Part shown: positions 1-6,090 of the stretch, piece after piece | How positions within the stretch are numbered: the first letter of the stretch is position 1 | Layout of the letters: every line of letters starts with the position of its first letter | From: a virus | Lineage: Duplodnaviria; Heunggongvirae; Uroviricota; Caudoviricetes | Virus record (IMG/VR): IMGVR_UViG_3300010280_000146 | Direction: 5' to 3' (one strand) | Length of the DNA stretch: 10,110 bases | Notes under the pieces: model-generated | The model's database searches: none | Told to the model about the DNA's origin: nothing | Seen by the model: only the letters and a program-made list of their open reading frames with translations | Translations under genes and position numbers: made by a program

Positions 1-1
1 A

Positions 2-121
2 CATCTGCCGTACGATTTCCTCGGTCGCGTTTCCAACCGCATTATCAATGAAGTGAATGGTATTTCCCGCGTGGTGTATGACATCAGCGGCAAGCCACCA
101 GCGACTATTGAGTGGGAATGA
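2..121 (+). CDS. guaA: GMP synthase, 3' end (partial; 5' part lies upstream of the window)
   Basis: Frame ending at TGA 119-121 translates to [39 protein letters not shown], which I recognise as the conserved C-terminus of enterobacterial GuaA (recalled from memory, not searched). Confidence 0.8.
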
Positions 122-167
122 TTAACAGCTAACTCATAGCAAGTCATTCCTATTCAGATGCTAATTC

Positions 168-200
168 AACCCTCTGTTTTTACAGAGGGTTTTTGTTTTT
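168..200 (+). terminator. Rho-independent terminator downstream of guaA
   Basis: Stem CCCTCTG (170-176) / CAGAGGG (183-189), 6-nt loop, followed by TTTTTGTTTTT (190-200). Confidence 0.6.
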
Positions 201-249
201 ATGTATTCATTTCTATTCACTCTACACCATATTTTTCGGCGGTACAGGT

Positions 250-285
250 GACGGTATTACCTTAAAGGTATACTCTCATACCGTC
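250..285. promoter_or_regulatory. Inverted repeat GACGGTA...TACCGTC enclosing a TTACC-N5-GGTAT operator-like site (257-271) upstream of int
   Basis: Arms at 250-256 and 279-285 are exact reverse complements; the inner 15-mer TTACCTTAAAGGTAT matches the palindrome found in the other promoter regions at 9 of 10 half-site positions. Confidence 0.35.
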
Positions 286-313
286 ATGAAAATGGTTTCT
301 ATACGGGTGAATT

Positions 314-1564
314 GTGCTTACCGATACAAAATTAAAAAACCTCAAGCCGCAGGACAAACTGTACAAGGTCTCCGATCGTGACGGGCTGTATGTAGCTGTT
401 CTTACGTCAGGCACGGTCTCGTTTCGCTACGACTACCGTATCAACGGTCGCCGCGAAACGCTGGTAATCGGGCAGTATGGGCGTGACGGTATCAGCCTGG
501 CAGAAGCGCGAGAAGAACTGATTGCTGCAAAGAAGTTGCTTAAAGCAGGCCAGTCACCGGCTGCGGCTAAACGTGACGGTATCAAAAAGATTCGTGGTGC
601 TGAGACGTTTGCGGTACATACCGACAGTTATATGAAACACGTCATCCTGGCTGAAAGTACCCGCGCAATGAAGCAGGCAGTGATCGACCGTGACATACTT
701 CCTGTTCTTGGCAACAAAATGATGGCTGAAATTACCACATCGATGGTTCGTGATTTGTGTGACCGGATTGTCGAACGCGGTGGCCGGGCAACAGCAGTGC
801 AGGCCAGGGAGATCATCAGCAGCGTATACCGTCACGCCAATGACCGTGGTCATGGTTTGTTTAATCCTGCAGCTGACATTAAACCTTCGTCTATCGCCAT
901 ATTTAAACCACGAGAGCGAACACTGACACCAGAAGAAATTGGCCTGTTCTTCCGCACGTTGGATGCCATTGGTGCTATGGGCACTATGAAAATGGCTTTA
1001 AAGCTGGTGCTTATCACTATGGTTCGTAAAGGCGAATTCACCAATGCAACGTGGGATGAAATAGATTTTAAAAAATGGACATGGACAATTCCTTCAGACC
1101 GCATGAAGGGAAGCCGGGCGCACGTTATTTACCTGCCTAAACAGGCACAGGATATATTGGTCGGGTTGCAGATGTGCGCTGGTGGAAGTGAATATCTGGT
1201 TCCTGGTCGTTACAATTTCCGGAAGCCATTATCTAATGCCGCGCTGAACTCTCTGATCGACAGAACGGTGAAAATAATAAATGAAGATGGTGAGCATATT
1301 CAGGACTTCACTGTACATGATATGCGCCGTACAGCCAGTACATTGTTGCATGAGGCTGGTTATCCTTCAGACTGGATTGAAAAGGCTCTGGCACATGAGC
1401 AGAAAGGTGTGCGCGCCGTATATAACAAAGCGGAATACGCTAGACAGCGCGCCTACATGTTGCAGCAGTGGGCCGATATGATTGATTCCTGGATTAACGG
1501 GGATCATACGGATCTGATTCCGTTCTCCCCGTCGAAGTTTGAGAAGTGGATGGCGGGGGAATAA
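314..1564 (+). CDS. int: Tyrosine recombinase / phage integrase, P4-type (N-terminal arm-binding DUF4102-like domain plus catalytic domain)
   Basis: 416-aa ORF with GTG start. N-terminus LTDTKLKNLKP...LYVAVLTSGTVSFRYDYRINGRRETLVIGQYG is typical of P4-like integrase arm-binding domains; C-terminal HDMRRT (HxxR box) and VRAVYNKAEY (catalytic Tyr region). Sits next to a host gene 3' end. Confidence 0.9.
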   Translation: MLTDTKLKNLKPQDKLYKVSDRDGLYVAVLTSGTVSFRYDYRINGRRETLVIGQYGRDGISLAEAREELIAAKKLLKAGQSPAAAKRDGIKKIRGAETFAVHTDSYMKHVILAESTRAMKQAVIDRDILPVLGNKMMAEITTSMVRDLCDRIVERGGRATAVQAREIISSVYRHANDRGHGLFNPAADIKPSSIAIFKPRERTLTPEEIGLFFRTLDAIGAMGTMKMALKLVLITMVRKGEFTNATWDEIDFKKWTWTIPSDRMKGSRAHVIYLPKQAQDILVGLQMCAGGSEYLVPGRYNFRKPLSNAALNSLIDRTVKIINEDGEHIQDFTVHDMRRTASTLLHEAGYPSDWIEKALAHEQKGVRAVYNKAEYARQRAYMLQQWADMIDSWINGDHTDLIPFSPSKFEKWMAGE

Positions 1565-1567
1565 CGT

Positions 1568-1762
1568 TTAATTATTCTGCTGATTTTCTTCCATCTCGGC
1601 TTCTGCTGCCAGTGATTCAATTTTATCTGCGAATATTGCTGACAGTGTTGCAAATTCAGCATCAGTGACAGCGGGAACAGGAACAAACCTGATCCCGCTG
1701 TGTGCAAGCATGTTTGCAGTTTCAAGGCATTTCCTTAAATCTGCTGGTGATGCCCTGTTCAT
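1568..1762 (-). CDS. Small hypothetical protein (64 aa), translationally coupled to the upstream methyltransferase gene
   Basis: Internal ATG of track ORF 1568..1882 at 1762..1760 forms an ATGA overlap with the methyltransferase stop (1761..1759). Product MNRASPADLRKCLETANMLAHSGIRFVPVPAVTDAEF... has an acidic tail. The track's N-terminal extension overlaps the methyltransferase in another frame and is rejected. Confidence 0.5.
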   Translation of the reverse strand: MNRASPADLRKCLETANMLAHSGIRFVPVPAVTDAEFATLSAIFADKIESLAAEAEMEENQQNN

Positions 1763-2409
1763 GCTGCACGCTCCCGTCCCTGGTTGTCTGTTGGTGACAG
1801 AGGAGCATTGCTGAATGCATTTGTTAATCCGCCAATATACAACGCGTATCCTGGGTGTAGTTGCACGGCCGGGTCTTCGCACTGATTACCCCAAACATCG
1901 AAGCCATGAGACGACTGGCGGGCGAACAGTTCAATGCGAGAAACATCGCCTAACAATTGCACAAGTTTTTCACGAACGATATCTGGTTTTCTTGAATGCT
2001 CAAGCCGCGGTGCGGTAAATGACTGAACGATCCCTGCATTAATGCGCGGAGGTAGTTTTCCCTTAACTGCAAACAGGCAATCTTCACTATTGGCGCGAGT
2101 CATGTGTCCCATACCCATAACCAGTTTATCTGGTTGTCGACTACCACATTTTATCCACGTGAAGCCCTTCATGGTCATCAGACGGAATCCCCAGGCTTCA
2201 ACAACTTTTAGCGCTTCGAGTGGTTGTGTTGGCACCCACCACATGGCCAACAGACAGTTTTCATCGGCCAAATCCCACACAGGAAGGCGGCAGATATCCA
2301 GCACACTCATAACCGGATATTTAAAACCGGCACCGCGATTACCATCTGCGGCTTTGTCCCGGTATACCCAGGGTGGATCTGCATAGATTAGTGTGTATTT
2401 CTTAGTCAT
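1759..2409 (-). CDS. MT-A70 family DNA N6-adenine methyltransferase (phage Dam-like, orphan)
   Basis: 216-aa ORF starting MTKKYTLIYADPPWVY; the DPPW catalytic motif near the N-terminus is characteristic of MT-A70-type amino-methyltransferases. No adjacent restriction endonuclease gene is visible. Confidence 0.85.
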   Translation of the reverse strand: MTKKYTLIYADPPWVYRDKAADGNRGAGFKYPVMSVLDICRLPVWDLADENCLLAMWWVPTQPLEALKVVEAWGFRLMTMKGFTWIKCGSRQPDKLVMGMGHMTRANSEDCLFAVKGKLPPRINAGIVQSFTAPRLEHSRKPDIVREKLVQLLGDVSRIELFARQSSHGFDVWGNQCEDPAVQLHPGYALYIGGLTNAFSNAPLSPTDNQGRERAA

Positions 2410-2701
2410 AAACCACCCCGCAACATCCTATACCGCTATAGTCGCCACGGCGAAGGCCGTTACCTTTTGTGATACATTGGTCCCTGCGAACCGCGATCCT
2501 TGCACGCTCAACATCACCAGAAGCAACATCCATACACTGAAGCCAAAGGTGAGCGGCAATGCGGAACTGCCCTTTTTTTTCTCTTTCAATCGCGCGTTTT
2601 TCGATCTCTATCGCCGCAGGAGTAACGGCGACAATCTTTGACGGACTGCGCATTGAAACCTTATTCATGTGATATTTTTCAAGTCGGCTTAACTTTCTCA
2701 C
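2402..2701 (-). CDS. Hypothetical protein; start uncertain (GTG 2701, ATG 2668 or ATG 2653)
   Basis: ORF ends in an 8-nt overlap with the methyltransferase start (GTTTATGACTAA), suggesting coupling. Charged region AIEIEKRAIEREKKGQFRIAAHLWLQ looks protein-like but the C-terminus is low complexity. No family recognised. Confidence 0.4.
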   Translation of the reverse strand: MRKLSRLEKYHMNKVSMRSPSKIVAVTPAAIEIEKRAIEREKKGQFRIAAHLWLQCMDVASGDVERARIAVRRDQCITKGNGLRRGDYSGIGCCGVVYD

Positions 2702-2810
2702 TTAATCCAACCCTCTCTGAAAATTAATGCCAGCAGATAAAGCCATGCTGAAACAGAGGCCAGGAATAAGTACCATCCTGACCATTTGCTCCAGTGCCTT
2801 AGCAGCGCAC

Positions 2811-3059
2811 TCATGCAGCGTTGCTCACGGGACGATATACACGTTGCTGAACAGGAGGTTTTTTACCCTGGAACTCTGCTGGGCTTGCTGCCTGACGTTC
2901 ATCAAGCCAACGTTCAACTTCATCACGGTTCCATGCGCAGCGTTTATCGGTGATATACCAGCGTTTGGGAAATTCCCCTGCGCGCTCCATACGGTCGATA
3001 GTGCTCCATGACAGTGGCACCACCGCCAGGAGTTCCTTCTTACCTAATGCACCTTTCAT
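2811..3059 (-). CDS. AlpA/Xis-like excisionase-family DNA-binding protein (MerR-type HTH)
   Basis: 82 aa; LSWSTIDRMERAGEFPKRWYITDKRCAWNRDEVERWLDE fits the AlpA/excisionase HTH_17 pattern (STIYR...G.FP.P......W...E...WL). RBS AGAGG lies 6 nt upstream of ATG 3059. Confidence 0.75.
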   Translation of the reverse strand: MKGALGKKELLAVVPLSWSTIDRMERAGEFPKRWYITDKRCAWNRDEVERWLDERQAASPAEFQGKKPPVQQRVYRPVSNAA

Positions 3060-3081
3060 AAATACCTCTTTTGGTTGCAGT

Positions 3082-3100
3082 GCGGCGCGCGTGGCGCCGC
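3082..3100 (-). other. All-GC stem-loop in the bet/xis intergenic region (candidate RNA processing or stability element, not a canonical terminator)
   Basis: GCGGCGC (3082-3088) / GCGCCGC (3094-3100) with 5-nt loop GCGTG. On the transcribed minus strand it sits 9 nt after the bet stop and just upstream of the xis-like RBS, with no U-run after it. Confidence 0.4.
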
Positions 3101-3108
3101 GGTGGTGG

Positions 3109-3990
3109 TTACATAGATGTTTCGTTTAATTCTTCCCGACGAACGCTGTAAACGTCGGTGGCTTTTGCCAGCAGTTCGTCATCATCTGAAAGTTTTTGTG
3201 CAATGTATTTGTAAGCCTTATCCAGTTCGGAGACAGTGCTGTAATTCATCGCTGCGCTGGTAAAGGCCATCAGCATTTCTTCTGGATCACGGCTATCCGC
3301 TTTACGCGTTTGCTCATCAGGCTTTTTCACTGGTTTAGCGTTGATCAGACTGTTCATTCCCGCAGCAGTGGTCGTTTGCGGAGTAATGTCTCGCTCAACG
3401 CGCGGTGCCGTTTCCTGTAATTCGTCTGGGGTGTAAACACCGAGAAGTACATCAGGAGCGTGCAGGCGAGCCCATCGTTTCGTGCAAAGATAGGCAAGTT
3501 GCTGGCGCGGATCCTGTTCCCACAATGGAGAGTTACGCACTCCGGCTTGCGCCATACTGATGGTAAGCTCACGGGGTTCTGCTTCTCCTTTAAGAACTGC
3601 TGACACAGTTACCGTCAGATTCGGTGATTTATCTGTTTTGCCGTTAACATTCGACCAGTCACCGCTCCAGCGATAATTCAGGCGTGTCGCTAGCAGGCTG
3701 GAAGAGGATACGACCGCGTTTACCAACTGTGCTTCGTAGCCTAACGTTCCGTTTACCACATGCGTTTTCTGCGCCACGGCGAAAGGGTTCATTCCCCACT
3801 GTGCCGCCTGCATGGTCACCGCCAGGCAATCGGCAGGTTTGCCTTCAAGATGTTTCGGTACAGTCGCTTTGCTTTGTGACATCAACTCCGCGAAACGCAC
3901 CAGTTGATTCATGCCATCGGGGCTGAAGATTGCCGCAGCAGTGCCCACAGTTGCGCCTGGTTGTGATGTGATTGCGATATCATTGCTCAT
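3109..3990 (-). CDS. Bet/RecT-superfamily single-strand annealing protein (lambda Bet-like recombinase)
   Basis: 293 aa; segments MQAAQWGMNPF, NSPLWEQDP...RWARLHAPDVLLGVYTPDE and ERDITP parallel lambda Bet motifs (QYGLNPW, TGPWQSHP...QCARLAFGFAGIYDKDE, ERDITP) as recalled from memory. ATGA overlap with the upstream exonuclease gene. Confidence 0.85.
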   Translation of the reverse strand: MSNDIAITSQPGATVGTAAAIFSPDGMNQLVRFAELMSQSKATVPKHLEGKPADCLAVTMQAAQWGMNPFAVAQKTHVVNGTLGYEAQLVNAVVSSSSLLATRLNYRWSGDWSNVNGKTDKSPNLTVTVSAVLKGEAEPRELTISMAQAGVRNSPLWEQDPRQQLAYLCTKRWARLHAPDVLLGVYTPDELQETAPRVERDITPQTTTAAGMNSLINAKPVKKPDEQTRKADSRDPEEMLMAFTSAAMNYSTVSELDKAYKYIAQKLSDDDELLAKATDVYSVRREELNETSM

Positions 3991-4808
3991 ACGTACATAT
4001 CCTGTTTACGTGCCCAGTCAGGGCGTTTAATAATTTCCACTCCGCCCCATTCATCGTTGATGCGGCATTCGTGGTAGGTATTCAGATCCCGGCGGAACAG
4101 AGCGTGCCCGGCATCGACATCTGGCGCATCCAGCTCGAACACGCGTACCGGATACCGACCACAATCAATGCTTTCGCTCACGGCAAGAAAGAAAAAACCA
4201 TGCGGCTGACCAGTAACCCTCATTGCGCCTTCGCGGTACATTGCGTCCTGCACGTGGTAGCGGAATTCCTCGATGTGGCGTGCAAAACGGTCCATATCCG
4301 CAACCTTTTTCACGTCGACGATCACGTTGTGCTCGTTCAGCCATTTGTCTGGACGAATTCGGCACAACTCACCCGTTTCTTCATCGTTCCAGTACATTGA
4401 TGCTTCGCAGTAACCAGGTGCTTCCAACATCCAGCGTGCCGCCGGATGAGCCATTGCGCTATCACGCATCAGCTCCAGTTTTCGCCACTGCTCGACATCA
4501 AGTACCGCAATACCCATATCCGTCACATCACGAAGAAATGCTTCTTCGTCAGCTTTACCTTGTTTTGTCCGACGATCGAATTTCGGTGAAACGATGAAGC
4601 GTTTGTCGAATTCTCCAGGTTCCAGAAGCAGGCAGTGCAATGCGGTTCCCATATCCAGTGCAGAATTTTTCTCTTCGTCTTCTGGTGCTGCCTGAATCCA
4701 TTTAAGAAGCGCCGGATTCTTGGCAACCATGTCCAGTTGCGACTTACTCACGCCGTCACCGGCGTGGTAGTCTTCGTTGCTGATGTCGAAATAAATTCCC
4801 GGTTTCAT
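3987..4808 (-). CDS. RecE-like PD-(D/E)XK exonuclease (exodeoxyribonuclease VIII-like; partner of the annealing protein)
   Basis: 273 aa; N-terminal GIYFDISNEDYH and the nuclease core RIRPDKW...VIVDVKKV (D...D/E-x-K) plus YHVQDAMY resemble RecE C-terminal-domain-type nucleases; directly upstream of and coupled to the Bet-like gene. Confidence 0.8.
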   Translation of the reverse strand: MKPGIYFDISNEDYHAGDGVSKSQLDMVAKNPALLKWIQAAPEDEEKNSALDMGTALHCLLLEPGEFDKRFIVSPKFDRRTKQGKADEEAFLRDVTDMGIAVLDVEQWRKLELMRDSAMAHPAARWMLEAPGYCEASMYWNDEETGELCRIRPDKWLNEHNVIVDVKKVADMDRFARHIEEFRYHVQDAMYREGAMRVTGQPHGFFFLAVSESIDCGRYPVRVFELDAPDVDAGHALFRRDLNTYHECRINDEWGGVEIIKRPDWARKQDMYV

Positions 4809-5104
4809 GCCGCGTCCCTCTGCCCATCAAGCTGATCTGCCAGATCCCAGCGGGCGATAATTGCCATTGCCTCTCGCCGGTAGGCATCCATTAGTTCTTC
4901 GAACTCAGGGCTGTCTTTAGCGGCCTCCAGTACTTCCTGGCGAACGCCTTTGCCTGTTACAACGTCGAAAGTTGAGGCCAGTTGATGAAGTCGGATGCTC
5001 TCAATCAGTTCAACTTGTCGGTCATATAGCTGTTCTGACAGGCGGTAGTCCTTGTCGAACGCCAGCATGATTTTTTGAAGATTTTTCTGCTGATTAACGT
5101 TCAT
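4805..5104 (-). CDS. Hypothetical protein (99 aa) first-in-line upstream of the exonuclease gene; function unknown
   Basis: Track ORF 4805..5119; preferred start is ATG 5104 because GGGAGG sits 7 nt upstream. ATGA overlap with the exonuclease start at 4805-4808. Product MNVNQQKNLQKIMLAFDKDYRLSEQLYDRQVELIESIRLHQ..., no family recognised. Confidence 0.6.
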   Translation of the reverse strand: MNVNQQKNLQKIMLAFDKDYRLSEQLYDRQVELIESIRLHQLASTFDVVTGKGVRQEVLEAAKDSPEFEELMDAYRREAMAIIARWDLADQLDGQRDAA

Positions 5105-5106
5105 TA

Positions 5107-5259
5107 TCAGCCCTCCCATATCTCGTTATCGTTGGCCACATCGCGAGCTTCTTTGCTGACGAAAGCCCACTTAATGCCTTCCTGTAAGGTGCGGAACTTC
5201 CAGCTCATGAATCCGCATGCAGTAACACAGTACCAACCGTTGATAATTTTCCACTGCAT
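5107..5259 (-). CDS. Unannotated small ORF (50 aa, Trp/Cys-rich) at the head of the leftward operon
   Basis: Hand-translated: ATG at 5259..5257 to TGA at 5109..5107 gives MQWKIINGWYCVTACGFMSWKFRTLQEGIKWAFVSKEARDVANDNEIWEG. Its stop is 2 nt from the next start (TGAtaATG) and its 3' end carries that gene's RBS. Below the 60-aa track cutoff. Confidence 0.35.
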   Translation of the reverse strand: MQWKIINGWYCVTACGFMSWKFRTLQEGIKWAFVSKEARDVANDNEIWEG

Positions 5260-5278
5260 AACTTGTTACCTCGGTCTG

Positions 5279-5293
5279 TTACCGTTGAGGTAA
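5279..5293. promoter_or_regulatory. Operator-like palindrome TTACC GTTGA GGTAA (leftward early promoter region, site 1)
   Basis: Perfect 5-bp inverted half-sites with a 5-bp spacer; overlaps the putative -10 and start-site region of the leftward promoter. Confidence 0.45.
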
Positions 5294-5321
5294 TAATTAT
5301 GCGTATCTGGTTTGATGTCAA
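5293..5321 (-). promoter_or_regulatory. Putative pL-like sigma70 promoter for the leftward recombination operon
   Basis: Minus-strand -35 TTGACA (plus 5316-5321, perfect consensus), 17-bp spacer, -10 AATTAT (plus 5293-5298); flanked by the two palindromic sites. Confidence 0.4.
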
Positions 5322-5340
5322 TAGATATGAGTTAAAAAAA

Positions 5341-5355
5341 TTACCCGTTAGGTAA
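5341..5355. promoter_or_regulatory. Operator-like palindrome TTACC CGTTA GGTAA (leftward early promoter region, site 2)
   Basis: Perfect inverted half-sites; centre is 62 bp from the centre of site 5279-5293. Confidence 0.45.
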
Positions 5356-5365
5356 TCGAATAGGC

Positions 5366-5390
5366 AATAAAAAAGCCGCCATAAGGCGGC
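5366..5390 (-). terminator. Rho-independent terminator of the repressor-candidate gene
   Basis: On the minus strand: stem GCCGCC / GGCGGC with loop TTAT followed by TTTTTATTG, 23 nt downstream of the stop at 5413-5415. Confidence 0.6.
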
Positions 5391-5412
5391 TTACTTACTG
5401 AAAAATATGATT

Positions 5413-5997
5413 TTATTGTTTGTTTTTTTCGTTCTGGTTGATGACAAATTCAATGTAACTTTCGATCTTTGCCTTCTCTGTTTCAGGTAACAATGCGTAG
5501 CGCGAGCGGTCATAGTTGATAGTTGCAGGGTCATGCGGATGAATCAGTAGTTCATATCCGTGACGCCCGAATGCAGATGCAACATTCTCCAGGGTGGAAA
5601 TGGAAACGCTGACCTCATTGTTTAACAGGCGGCTTATTGTCACCTGGGCGACGCCGGATGCGCGGTGAAGTTTTCCCTGAGTTGAAAGGTCGCGGCTTTC
5701 ACTCATCCAGCGTTCCAGGTTGTGAGCTGCCAGCTGACCAATGTCGCTTGGGCCGACAGGCTGAAAACCTTCCTGAGAAAGCGAGCGATCGATATCAAGC
5801 CAGTTACGGGGTTTATTGGCGGCAGCTTCAATTTTTCGCGCAACCTGGTCGCCGATAACCTTCTTGCCAAGAGCCCAGCGGTTTACCAGATTTGCCTGAG
5901 TTCCAAGTTTTTCTGCCATCCGCGTCTGAACACCATTGAATTCACGGTCGATCAAGTCGTTGAGATTTTGCCTGCGGACGTCCTGGATACTTTTCAT
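5413..5997 (-). CDS. Tandem helix-turn-helix (two XRE-type HTH domains) transcriptional regulator; candidate prophage repressor
   Basis: 194 aa. First HTH around GVQTRMAEKLGTQANLVNRWALGKKVIGDQVARKIEAA, second around LHRASGVAQVTISRLLNNEVSVSISTLENVASAF. No LexA/S24 peptidase motifs seen. Placed like cI, divergent from a Cro-like gene, with its own terminator. Confidence 0.75.
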   Translation of the reverse strand: MKSIQDVRRQNLNDLIDREFNGVQTRMAEKLGTQANLVNRWALGKKVIGDQVARKIEAAANKPRNWLDIDRSLSQEGFQPVGPSDIGQLAAHNLERWMSESRDLSTQGKLHRASGVAQVTISRLLNNEVSVSISTLENVASAFGRHGYELLIHPHDPATINYDRSRYALLPETEKAKIESYIEFVINQNEKNKQ

Positions 5998-6052
5998 TTT
6001 CTGGAAAATCGCCTCATATATGAATCAGTAGATGATTCAATTTAAAGCAATA

Positions 6053-6067
6053 TTACCCAACAGGTAA
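6053..6067. promoter_or_regulatory. Operator-like palindrome TTACC CAACA GGTAA (divergent promoter region, site 1)
   Basis: Perfect inverted half-sites between the repressor-candidate start (5997) and the Cro-like start (6152). Confidence 0.45.
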
Positions 6068-6069
6068 AT

Positions 6070-6084
6070 GCACCCCATAGGTAA
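6070..6084. promoter_or_regulatory. Degenerate operator-like site GCACC CCATA GGTAA (divergent promoter region, site 2)
   Basis: Right half-site perfect, left half-site 3 of 5; centre 17 bp from site 1. Confidence 0.3.
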
Positions 6085-6090
6085 CTATCC

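Noticed and set aside
122-313. A tRNA or tmRNA gene as the integration target
   Set aside because: No cloverleaf-compatible sequence is visible; the upstream host gene is protein-coding (guaA).
193-381. 62-aa plus-strand ORF spanning the int promoter region and int start
   Set aside because: Overlaps the int start in another frame and lies in regulatory DNA; composition is not protein-like.
554-1104. Three minus-strand ORFs (99, 62 and 84 aa) inside the integrase gene
   Set aside because: Antisense to a high-confidence integrase CDS; typical shadow ORFs.
1281-1481. 66-aa plus-strand ORF inside the int gene, out of frame
   Set aside because: Embedded in the integrase CDS in another frame.
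1504-1882. 73-aa minus ORF (1504..1725) and the N-terminal extension of track ORF 1568..1882
   Set aside because: Both overlap the int 3' end or the methyltransferase in other frames; the ATGA-coupled internal start at 1762 is a better model.
1815-2386. Plus-strand ORFs of 67 and 114 aa antisense to the methyltransferase gene
   Set aside because: Antisense to a CDS with a clear catalytic motif; Ser/Arg-rich composition.
2393-3011. Plus-strand ORFs 2393..2641 and 2727..3011
   Set aside because: Overlap the minus-strand 2402..2701 ORF and the xis-like gene; sequences are hydrophobic or low-complexity with no RBS.
3196-3926. ORFs 3196..3420 (+), 3354..3572 (-) and 3684..3926 (+) within the bet gene
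   Set aside because: Antisense or out-of-frame overlaps of a well-supported CDS.
3972-4835. ORFs 3972..4400 (+), 4165..4365 (-), 4223..4597 (+), 4523..4726 (-) and 4635..4835 (+) within the exonuclease gene
   Set aside because: Shadow ORFs of the exonuclease CDS; Arg/Pro-rich or hydrophobic composition.
5075-5293. 72-aa plus-strand ORF across the small-ORF region
   Set aside because: The minus-strand 50-aa and 99-aa ORFs fit the operon context, with RBS and coupling, much better.
5637-6045. Plus-strand ORFs of 73 and 107 aa antisense to the repressor-candidate gene
   Set aside because: Antisense to a CDS with recognisable HTH domains.
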